Source: Octopus sinensis
Lineage: Eukaryota
DNA length: 25,704 nucleotides
Reading direction: 5' to 3'
NCBI RefSeq assembly: GCF_006345805.1
Contig: NW_021836097.1
Location: forward strand, 1 to 25,704
Part shown: piece after piece, positions 1 to 9,105 of the stretch
How positions within the stretch are numbered: position 1 is the stretch's first letter
Layout of the letters: each line of letters opens with the position of its first letter
The notes under the pieces: generated by a model
The model's database searches: none
Seen by the model: only the letters and a program-made list of their open reading frames with translations
What the model was told of the DNA's origin: nothing
Made by a program: the position numbers and the translations under genes

Positions 1-115
1 CCGCTTGACAGCTATGTTAGTTTGTTTACGTCCTAGTAACTTAGCGGTTCGGTGAAAGTGTATGATACAATAAGTACCTGGTTTAAAAAGAAAAAAAAAA
101 GTGAAAAGTCCTGGG
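1..115 (+). mobile_element. Diverged 3' half of SINE family A (runs off window start)
   Basis: gcttgaca...gtttacgtcctagtaacttagcggttcgg...aataagtac matches the 3' half of the A copy at 9590-9790. Confidence 0.55.
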
Positions 116-275
116 CACGGGCTTCCACGCATTTTCCCTCAACCAAATTCACTGACAAGGCATTGGTCGGCCCGGGACGATAACAAAAGAAGATGATTTT
201 TCAAGGTGCTGCAAAGAGAGCCCCGACCGAATCCGAAACCGCATGGTTGCAGAATGAGCTTCTCAACAATACAGA
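116..275 (-). mobile_element. Diverged 5' half of SINE family A
   Basis: accaaattcactgacaaggcattggtcggcccggg matches 7062-7097 of the full A copy; rest is degenerate. Confidence 0.55.
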
Positions 276-308
276 AAGAAACAAATATAGCGGTAGTCCT
301 AACGAGGT

Positions 309-603
309 GGAGGCACAATGGCCCAGTGGTTAGGGCAGCGGACTCGCGGTCAGGGGATCGCAGTTTCGATTCCCAGAGCGGACGTTGTGTGTGTTTATTG
401 AGCAAAAACGCCTAAAAGTTCCACGAGGCTCCGGCAGGGGGTGGTGGTGACCCCTGTTGTACTCTTTCACCACAACTTTCTCTCACTCTCTCTCTTCCTG
501 TTTCTTGAGTAACGCTACGATGGACTGGCGTCCCGTCCAGCTGGGGGGAACACATACGCCACAGAAACGGGGCCCATTAGTCTGGCTAGGCTTAAAAGGG
601 GCG
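309..603 (+). mobile_element. tRNA-derived SINE family E with V-SINE-like central motif
   Basis: Pol III A box TGGCCCAGTGG (319-329), B-box-like GTTTCGATTCC (363-373), non-tRNA body including CGATGGACTGGCGTCCCGTCCAG (about 518-540). Confidence 0.65.
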
Positions 604-1060
604 AGAAAGAAAGAAAGAAGTCCGAACGAGACAACCACCAGAACGAGCACCCTACTATAGCAGCTGGGTCGACACTGGAGAAGGTTTTCCTTAATCGGTT
701 GTGGTAATTAAATCATCCCCACACAATACAAGTTCCTTTATAAATTGGCTGTGAAATATAGACGCAACATTTTTATCTTCAGTCTCTGGGTGTGGCATAT
801 TTAGTTCCATTGAAAAATTAGAAATGTTTTGTCACTTAAATCTGTTTTAATCCCTTCCAGATTTGTGGGCTTAAAAACAGATATAATGTAATTTTTCAAA
901 CGAATATCATTCATAATACTTATGATAACAAAAACGGCAAGCTCTGGGGTGGAGGTCGCGTCGATGTACCCCCTCCCCCGATTTAACCCCTTCCCTGAAC
1001 TTTACTGGCTTTATACCAAAATTTGAAATAGGGAATTCTTCTTCTTTTTCTTCTTCTTCT

Positions 1061-1100
1061 TATTATTGAGTGAGAGAGCAACGCATACCATCAAAGTGAT
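1061..1100 (+). mobile_element. Terminal fragment of family C
   Basis: tattattgagtgagagagca..catacCATCAAAG matches the reverse complement of 12805-12840. Confidence 0.5.
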
Positions 1101-1114
1101 GCAGGGGGGGGGGG

Positions 1115-1322
1115 GCAGCGGGCAGAAACGTCAGCACCTCGAACTAAATGCTTAGCGGCATTTCGTCTGTCTTTACATTCCGAGTTCAAATTCCACCGAG
1201 GTCGACTTTGTCTTTCATACTTTCAGTGTCGATATAATATAAATACCAGTGGAGTTCTGGGCGATGTATTCGACTTACCTTTCCACCCCAAAATGCTAGC
1301 CTTGTGCCAAAATTTGGAACGA
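1115..1322 (+). mobile_element. SINE family B, diverged, variant tail
   Basis: gcagaaacgtcagcac...gagttcaaattccaccgaggtcgactttg aligns with the B copy at 9286-9515. Confidence 0.7.
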
Positions 1323-1339
1323 ATACTAATGAATACAAA

Positions 1340-1505
1340 TGGTGGTAATGTTGGTGGTGGTGGTTGTGTTAGTGGTGGTGGTGGTTGTGTTAGTGGTGGT
1401 GGTGGTTGTGTTAGTGGTGGTGGTGGTTATTATTGTGGTTGTGTTGGTGGTTGTTTTAGGTGGTGATTACGATGATGGCAGTAATGATGATGGTGATGAC
1501 GATGG
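1340..1505. repeat. (GTG/GTT/GAT)n trinucleotide array
   Basis: Direct inspection. Confidence 0.9.
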
Positions 1506-1519
1506 TTATAACGTATCCA

Positions 1520-1726
1520 ACATAAGCACAGCGCCAGAAAATTAGTAGGCGATGTATATCGATTATATCTACGACACCGCTTTATTGGAATTTCATTTAT
1601 CGACCCCAAAAGAATGAAAGGCAAAGTTGATCTCGGAGGGATTTGAATTCAGAACATAAAGAATCAGAAGAAATGATGCCAAGCATTTTATGCGACGCGC
1701 AAACAATTCTCTCCACTCGCCGCCCT
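1520..1726 (-). mobile_element. SINE family B, diverged
   Basis: atcgaccccaaaagaatgaaaggcaaagttgatctcgg...ctcgccgcc matches the minus-strand B consensus. Confidence 0.6.
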
Positions 1727-2242
1727 AATAGCAGTCAAATCCCTCTGAAACAGCGCCACCACTATATTATACAAGAAGGATATTTCGGGAAATGTCTTTA
1801 AAATTTCATTATTCCTGAAAAAGAAAAGTACATGAAAAGAGAACGGAAGGGTGTGGCTGGATGTCCGTTGGTCATCGGCTTAATCAGGGAGAGAGGTAAG
1901 GTCTAAAGAACAGCAACCTTTAAAATAGATCCGATATCGAATTCAATGTAGCTAGATGTACTGAGAGCCAATTACAGATTAATAGATCAATAGTATAGGG
2001 AATAGAGGATTAGAGAAAGCGACATATAAATCTGGCCATGGCGTGAATTGAATATAGAACTAGAGTGTGACGCGATTTTAATAATGGCGATAGATAATGG
2101 CGAGAAATGTGATGGAATTACCAGACAAAGACGGCAGAAGTCAGGTACGAAGTAATAAGCGAGGCGTAAATAATGTGGATGTTGATACCTAGAAAGAAGG
2201 AATAATTAATGAAATGAACTTAAAAAGGATTTTTTATATATA

Positions 2243-2473
2243 TATTTCTTTACTACCCACAAGGGGCTAAACACAGAGGGGACAAACAAGGACAGACAAA
2301 CGGATTAGGTCGATTATATCGACCCCAGTGCGTAACTGGTACTTATTTAATCGACCCCGAAAGGATGAAAGGCAAAGTCGACCTCGGCGGAATTTGAACT
2401 CAGAACGTAGCGGCAGACGAAATATGGATACGCATTTCGCCCGGCGTGCTAACGTTTCTGCCAGCTCGCCGCC
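2243..2473 (-). mobile_element. SINE family B, full length, tail type 1
   Basis: Near-identical to the reverse complement of 9286-9515; tRNA-like head with B box GAGTTCAAATTCC; 3' end gtaaagaaata runs into (TA)n. Confidence 0.9.
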
Positions 2474-2730
2474 CTCAATTTTTTATATACCAAGGCTTTT
2501 TCCCCATAGGAGTAGGTAGCCGCCACAAGACACACCAGGCATTTTTCCCCAGCTCAAAGAGGCGAGACCCGTCCTATATTCGGGTCAAGGCATAGAAAGC
2601 AACCCCCTATATCAGTAGCGGGGCCCGACAGCATATGCTGGTTTATCCCCGCCGCATCAAGCTGGTTCCGTACCCCTTTGAGCATCATCAATTCACTCAT
2701 CCGTCCACAAATACTCTCCAAGCTTTCCTA

Positions 2731-3230
2731 TCTCTATACATATAAAACTGAGAATGTGTGTCTGTCTGTGTGTTTCCCTAAAACTTGAGAACTACACAAC
2801 CAATTTCATTCATATTTTACACATGCCTTACTTAAGGTCCGGGGAGTGTCATCGGCAAAAAAATCATAACTTCTTCCCTAGGGCGACCCCACAGCAATAT
2901 CATATCTTCTCCACTATTTCAGTATTACGTGTTAAAAGTGAAACAAAAACACAACTAATAACTGTTGGGAACACTTTCAAACCTACCTTACATTCGAACC
3001 GGAATCTCAACGCCCGAGTTTTCCATCTGAAGTTAATCTCTCTCATGGAGCTCATACAAAAAGGGCAAGTCTTTGGGCGCATACAATGTGACATGTACAC
3101 AATCGAGTGGCAAAAAGGGGCCTTCAACATGCTCATATCCTGCTTTGGCTCTCAGCAATTAAGCTGTGAAGGTGTGTGTCACCGCTGTGCTTCTATTAGT
3201 ATGCCGAAGCACGCCGGACCAAAACTCGGC
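2731..3230 (+). mobile_element. Non-autonomous Helitron H1 (3' end uncertain)
   Basis: A|TCTCTATACATATAAAACTG 5' end matches the H3 5' end; contains a Rep fragment; ccgaagcacgccgg (3204-3217) resembles the H2/H3 subterminal hairpin but no CTAG follows. Confidence 0.7.
2997..3151 (+). pseudogene. Helitron Rep (HUH endonuclease) fragment, frameshifted
   Basis: ARVFHLKL..LMELIQKGQVFG....MYTIEWQK; adding one A to the A5 run at 3112-3116 continues RGLQHAHILLWL, matching the Helitron Rep motif EWQKRGLPHAHILLW. Confidence 0.85.
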
Positions 3231-3349
3231 ATTCACCTGTTTCAACATACGACAGCTCGATGATAAATCTTGCCATTTTAATACTGTATCCGGCGGAGTG
3301 ACTATCGCCTTATTTGCCTGTGTATTTATCTATCTTTTCATTTATTTTT

Positions 3350-3420
3350 GTTTATCTGTCTGTCTGTCTGTCTCTCTCTCTCTGTCTCTCTGTCTCTCTC
3401 TCTCTCTATATATATATATA
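3350..3420. repeat. (TGTC)/(TC)/(TA) compound microsatellite
   Basis: Direct inspection; provides the A|T target site of H2/H3. Confidence 0.9.
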
Positions 3421-3816
3421 CTTGCAGCATCGCCCGGCGTTGCTCGGATTTGTAAGGGAAATAACTATAAAGCATTTTTAGAGAGTTATAGTCAAAAAGT
3501 AGCAAAAAATGCATCAAAAATGGAAAAAAATGATGGTAATTTTTTTTTTAAATCGTTGACTCATCGTAGACATTTTTAGAGAGTTACTTCCCTTATATAA
3601 TAGCGAAAAAAATGCATTAAAAAGGAAAAAAATAATGGTAAATTATTTTTAAAATCGTAGACTCATCGTAGACGCGCGCTAATACCCAGAAGGGCTCGAT
3701 ATGTATCACGACTATAAGATACCCGAATTTGGTTAAACTGCACCGCAAAATGTGGGAGTAGTTAGGAATCTAAATCGTAGGAGACAGACACACAACCTTA
3801 CTTTTATATATAAAGA
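3421..3816 (-). mobile_element. Non-autonomous Helitron H2
   Basis: Minus-strand 5' TCTTTATATATAAAAG at 3816; 3' GC hairpin and degenerate terminus (CAAG for CTAG) at 3421; two ~100-bp internal subrepeats (about 3472-3570 and 3571-3672). Confidence 0.8.
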
Positions 3817-4349
3817 CTAGCAGTATCGCCCGGCGTTGCTCGGGTTTGTAAGGGAAATAACTATATAAGCATTTTTAGAGAGTTATAGCCAAAAAATGCA
3901 TTAAAAATTGAATAAAAAATGACAATTTTTTTTTAAATCGTGGACTCAGTGTCTTCAAGCCATGAAATCGGTGTTCTAAAAGAACGCTGGTCTCCTTGAC
4001 AACGCATTACGGACGTTGATTTCCTTACACTCCCTTCCCCACAGCTTCACGAGGAGGGAAGAAGGGGGAGAAGCAAACACAGGTGCAGGTGTTTGAGCGT
4101 GGACCGCCAACTCCGCCGCCATCGACACACGAAAAATTATGCATTAAAATGGAATAAAAAATGATGTTAAATTATTTTTAAAATCGTAGACTCATCGTAG
4201 ACGCGCGCTAATAGCCAGACGGGCTCGATATTAATCACGACTATAAGATACCCGAATTTGGTTAAACTGCACCGCAAAATGTGGGAAGAGTTAGGAATCT
4301 AAATCGAAGGGGACAGACACTCACACAACTACAGTTTTATATATAGAGA
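3817..4349 (-). mobile_element. Non-autonomous Helitron H3 containing a family D segment
   Basis: A|TCTCTATATATAAAAC at 4349; CCCG-N8-CGGG hairpin (3829-3844) 8 nt before terminal CTAG (3817-3820); both ends align with H2. Confidence 0.85.
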
Positions 4350-4351
4350 TA

Positions 4352-4820
4352 TCTTATGGACGGACGATAGTCACATCGGCTTTGCCTTTTTATTGTCTTT
4401 AAGTTTGCCTTTTTATTGCCTTCAAAAGTTTGTGTTTGGATAATATTTGTTATGTAAAAGTTGTGCAACAACTAATAAATACATTCGGTTGTGCAAATTC
4501 TTTGCACGGGAAACCTTCCCTGTGTGGCGTGTTTCCCCATTTTGTAAATTTGTTTTCGGACTTTCTTAGCCATTTCTGTTTTGGCGACTTCAAAGCCATG
4601 AAGTCGTTGTTCTAAGAAAGGCTGGTCTCCTTGACAACGCTTACGACGTTGATTTCCCTACCCTGCCTTCCCCACAGCTTCATGAAGGAGGGAAAGAAGG
4701 GGAGGAGCAACACAGGTGCAGGTGCGAGCATTGGACGCCAACTCCGCCACCGACAAAAATTGGAAGAACCCAGACGACAGCTTCACATTCAACCACTACT
4801 ACGACGGACAACTCTGCCAC
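4352..4820 (+). repeat. Family D arm 1, followed by a (CAC)n tail to ~4966
   Basis: Aligns to the reverse complement of 6369-6812 and 5648-6040. Confidence 0.9.
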
Positions 4821-5647
4821 AAACACCACCACCATCACCACCACCACCACCACTACCACCATGACCACCACGACCACCATCAAGGCAACCACCACCATCA
4901 GCATCACCAACACCATCACCACCACCACCACCACCACCATCACCACCACCATCACCACCACCACCCTCGTTTCGAGGGGGGGAGTAAAAAAGGGGGGGAC
5001 AACGATCAAAATGGATCGAAATCGTTGAGAATATAAACAAAAAATGTCGAAACAGTACAAAAAGTTCCCAAGAAATGGGGAGGTTTATCTCTGGAAAGAA
5101 AAACCTACGAAAAGACCACAGTAACCTCGGGCTATTACGTCACATATTAATTTATATTTACGAATAAGTAACTCTATGTATTTAATATTTTTACGGTTCA
5201 TAGGATCATGTTCATTCATCCGTGCCAAATATTATCCAAACTCACAAAACTGGGTATGCTTCCGTTTTGCTGCCAGTTGCAGTACACCGCTGCCAAGACG
5301 TCTCCAGACAAGTCTGGCATACAATTGCAAAGCGAGACACTGTGGTGGTGACGGTGGTGGTGGTGGTCGTCGTCGTGGTGGTCGTGGTGTTGGTGGTGGC
5401 GACGGTGGTGGTGGTGGTGTTGGTGGTGACGGTGACGGTGTTGGCGGCGGTGGTGGTGGTCATCGTCGTGGTGGTCGTGGTGTTGGTGGTGGTGATGGTG
5501 GTCGTCGTGGTAGTGGTCGTGGTGGTGGTGATGGTGGTGGTGGTGATGGTGGTGGTGGTGGTGGTGGTGGTGATGGTGTTGGTGGTGGTGATGGTGGTGG
5601 TTGTGGTGGTCATGGTGGTCGTGGCGACGGTGGTGGTGGTGGTGTTT

Positions 5648-6040
5648 GTGGCAGAGTTGTCCGTCGTAGTCTTTGACTGTGAAGCTATCGTCTGGATTCT
5701 TCCAATTTTTTCGTGTGTCGGTGGCGGAGTTGGCGTCCATGCTCGCACCTGCACCTGTGTCGTTCCTCCCCTCCTTCATGAAGCTATGGGGAAGGCAGGG
5801 TAGGGAAATCAACGTCGTAAGCGTTGTCAAGGAGACCAGCGTTCTTCTAGAACAACGACTTCATGGCTTGAAGTCGCCAAAACAGAAATGGCTAAGAAAG
5901 CCGAAAGCAAATTCTACAAAATCGGGAAACACGCCACACAGGGAAGGTTTCTCGTGCAAAGAATTTGCACAACCGAATGTATTTATTAGTTGTCGCACAA
6001 CTTTTACATAAAAAATAAAATACAATACACAACTTTTGAA
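5648..6040 (-). repeat. Family D arm 2 (5'-truncated), preceded on + by a (GTG)n tract from 5341
   Basis: Direct repeat of arm 3, inverted repeat of arm 1. Confidence 0.9.
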
Positions 6041-6368
6041 GTTTCGTATTGTCTTTTTTTAACGCTTGTGCAAAATTGGATTTGCTTTTCGTGGTAGTGT
6101 TGATGTCACTTGTAGTGGTTGGCGTTGTAGTAGTGGTGTTGTTGTTGGCAATTATGGTAGACGACAAAACGACGAAATCGTTACTGTCGTTGTTGTTGTT
6201 GTAGTTGTTGTTGTTGTTGGTGGTGGTGGTCGTCGTCGTCGTGGTGTTGGTGGAGATGGTGGTGGTGATGGTGTTGGTGGTGGTGATGGTGGTGGTTGTC
6301 GTGGTGGTGATGGTGGTGGTGGTGGTGGTGGTGGTGATGGTGTTGGTGGTCGTGGTGGTGGTAGTGAC

Positions 6369-6812
6369 GTGGCAGAGTTGTCCGTCGTAGTTTTTGATTG
6401 TGAAGCTGTCGTCTGGGTTCTTCCAATTTTTGTCGGTGGCGGTGTTGGCGTTCATGCTCGCACCTGCACCTGTGTCGCTCCTCCCCTTCTTTCCCTCCTT
6501 CATGAAGCTGTGGGGAAGGCAGGGTAGGGAAATCAACGTCGTAAGCGTTGTCAAGGAGACCAGCCTTCTTTTAGAACGACGACTTCATGGCTTTGAAGTC
6601 GCCAAAACAGAAATGGCTAAGAAAGTCCGAAAACAAATTTACAAAATGGGGAAACACGTCACACAGGGCAGGTTTCCCGTGCAAAGAATTTTCACAACCG
6701 AATGTATTTACATAAATATTATCCGAACACAAACTTTTGAAGGCAATAAAAAGGCAAACTTTTGAGGACAATAAAAAGGCAAAGCCGATGTGACAATCGT
6801 CCGTCCATAAGA
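6369..6812 (-). repeat. Family D arm 3, preceded on + by a (GTG/GTT)n tract from ~6100
   Basis: Shares the terminus and the internal tttgcctttttattg duplication with arm 1. Confidence 0.9.
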
Positions 6813-6822
6813 TATGTATATA

Positions 6823-7187
6823 TACTCTTTACTCTTTTACTTGTTTCAGTCATTTGACTGCGGCCATGCTGGGGTACCGCCTTTAGTCGAGCAAATCGAC
6901 CCCTTATTCTTTGTAAGCCCAGTACTTATTCTATCGGTCTCTTTGCCGAACCGCTAAGTGACGGGGGCGTAAACACACCACCATATACAGACAAACACAG
7001 ACACACACATATATATACATATATATACATATATACGACAGGCTTCTTTCAGTTTCCGTCTACCAAATTCACTCACAAGGCATTGGTCGGCCCGGGGCTA
7101 TAGCAGAAGACGCCCAAGATGCCACGCAGTGGGACTGAACCCGGAACCATGTGGTTGGTTAGCAAGCTACTTACCACACAGCCACTC
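6823..7187 (-). mobile_element. SINE family A, near full length, internal (TA/TG)n
   Basis: A box TGGCTGTGTGG and B box GGTTCAGTCCC on the minus strand; body matches 9106-9790; (GAGTAAAA)-like tail. Confidence 0.9.
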
Positions 7188-7219
<32 letters not shown>

Positions 7220-7373
7220 TAGTTATCGCCATACTAATATGGCATTCTTATAAAAATAAGAAAAAAGCTGACCGCTTATTAGCTCCATGAGGCCATCGCC
7301 TTAAGTTAGCTATTTGATACACAAACTGTATCCAATAACCTTTGAACAAGGGAGGTCAGTCGCTCCACACTAC

Positions 7374-7434
7374 TTGGCCGGCAGCTACAGAACGCGTTTC
7401 GGGGTATTGCCCCTTTTCAATGCAGCGTAGCCAA
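7374..7434 (-). ncRNA. Minimal type I hammerhead ribozyme motif, U3-A8 core variant, copy 1
   Basis: Minus strand GCUGCA-UUGAAAA-GGGG(CAAUA)CCCC-GAA-ACGCGU-(U)C-UGUAGC; one extra U at the cleavage triplet as assembled. Confidence 0.75.
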
Positions 7435-7737
7435 ACCAGTAGGTGTCGCTTCCGACAATCTCTGTTCAAAGGTTTTATTTACCTGGCTTCGGTGGAATAC
7501 ATCCACTTGTTTTCAATAATAGAAATATTAAAATTACTAAGTCTCTCTAAAAGAGAACAACGGCAGCGTTCCCGGAAAATATTAGTTATCGCCATACTAA
7601 TATGGCATTCTTATAAAAATAAGAAAAAAGCTGACCGCTTATTAGCTCCATGAGGCCATCGCCTTAAGTTAGCTATTTGATACACAAACTGTATCCATAT
7701 AACCTTTGAACAAGGGAGGTCAGTCGCTCCACACTAC

Positions 7738-7795
7738 TTGGCCGCAGCCTACAGACGCGTTTGGGTATTGCCCCTTTTCAATGCAGCGTAGCCAA
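7738..7795 (-). ncRNA. Hammerhead motif, copy 2 (G12 and one stem II C missing as assembled)
   Basis: GCUGCA-UUGAAAA-GGGG CAAUA CCC-AA-ACGCGU-C-UGUAG; retains the canonical GUC triplet. Confidence 0.6.
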
Positions 7796-8006
7796 ACAGT
7801 AGTCGGAAGCGACACCTACTGGTTATATGGATACAGTTTGTGTATCAAATAGCTAACTTAAGGCGATGGCCTCATGGAGCTAATAAGCGGTCAGCTTTTT
7901 TCTTATTTTTATAAGAATGCCATATTAGTATGGCGATAACTAATATTTTCCGGGAACGCTGCCGTTGTTCTCTTTTAGAGAGACTTAGTAATTTTAATAT
8001 TTCTAT

Positions 8007-8009
<3 letters not shown>

Positions 8010-8090
<81 letters not shown>

Positions 8091-8596
8091 AAGACAGATA
8101 GTTAACCAAAACAACAACAAACCAACAAACACAATACAATCAACAACTACGATAATTGCAACCACAACATCAGCAGCAGCAGCAGCAGCAGACATAACAC
8201 AACAAAGAACGGACGCTGCAACAACAACAACAACACCGTGCGAATAAAGGTAACCAAGGTGACCACGGGTAGATGGATAAATTGAAACAACAACAACAGC
8301 AACACGAAGAACAGCTAAAATAACAGCAGCAGCCACAGAAACAGTTGTAGCAGCTACAGCCTCAACGAACAACAACCACAACCACTACTACTACTACTAC
8401 TACTGTTGCTGCTATAACTGCTGCTGCTGCTACTACTACAACTACCACCACATCCACTGCTACTATTACCACTACTACTATTACCAGTGACTACTACTAC
8501 TACTACTACTACTAATATTGCTACTACTACCATCACCACTACAACCACCACCACCAACACCACTACCACTACTACTACTATTACTGCTACCACCAA

Positions 8597-8629
<33 letters not shown>

Positions 8630-8630
8630 A
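8010..8630. repeat. Compound (TA)/(GATA)/(GA) and (CAA/CAG/CTA/CCA)n array
   Basis: Direct inspection. Confidence 0.9.
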
Positions 8631-8904
8631 GTATATGTGTGAATATTTGCCGGGGTCGGGGGTTAATGTTAGTATGAAGTTATTATATAAGCGAATAAAC
8701 GAAATCGTTTAAATAAATAAGATATTCGATCAATCAAATTTATCGATCTGGGAGAGGCGGGAGAATAAATGGAGAAGGTAAAAGGTTAATGGATTTATCT
8801 GTAGTCACGTGACTTATTAAACGCGTGATTGATTAGGGAAGGGATTTCGAAGCTGTTTGGTTCTTACATCCCTTCGGAGGAGACATGGGAAGGGGGATGA
8901 CAAC

Positions 8905-9075
8905 CGGTGTTGGTGTGTTTACACCCCTGCCATCTAGCGGTTCAGCAAAAGAATCTGATAGAATAAGTACCAAGCTTTTAGAAAAAAAAAAGCCCTGGTG
9001 CCGATTCATTCGACTAAAAATTCAAGGTGGTTTTCCAGCAAGGTCGCAGGGTAGTGACTGAAATAAGTAAAATGT
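8905..9075 (+). mobile_element. Diverged 3' half of SINE family A
   Basis: tagcggttcagcaaaagaatctgatagaataagtac...gtgactgaaataagtaaaa. Confidence 0.6.
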
Positions 9076-9105
9076 AACAAAGAAAAAAAAGGTACGATAA
9101 AAATA

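Larger units (their letters stand above)
4352..6812. mobile_element. Foldback-like structure with long inverted arms (family D)
   Basis: TA|TCTTATGGACGGACGA... at the left, ...TCGTCCGTCCATAAGA|TA at the right; ~450-bp inverted homology plus an extra internal arm. Confidence 0.55.
7218..8009. mobile_element. Tandem plus inverted repeat carrying hammerhead motifs (Penelope-like pLTR or retrozyme-like)
   Basis: 363-bp period (7218 vs 7581); perfect 189-bp inverted arms 7516-7704 and 7821-8009; (TA)n on both flanks. Confidence 0.7.

Noticed and set aside
2490-2730. Relatively GC-rich unassigned segment before Helitron H1
   Set aside because: No ORF, termini or second copy to support a call.
4631-6554. 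Three ORFs sharing MTTLTTLISLPCLPHSFMKEG...KNWKNPDDSF...YDGQLCH followed by poly-His or poly-Thr, suggesting a His-rich peptide family
   Set aside because: Similarity follows from the DNA repeat; arm 1 is frameshifted relative to arms 2 and 3, and the tails are read in different frames (His versus Thr), so there is no sign of coding constraint.
7342-8381. Identical peptide IIEILKLLSLSKREQRQRSRK...ADRLLAP on both strands
   Set aside because: A by-product of the perfect inverted repeat; no recognisable protein family.
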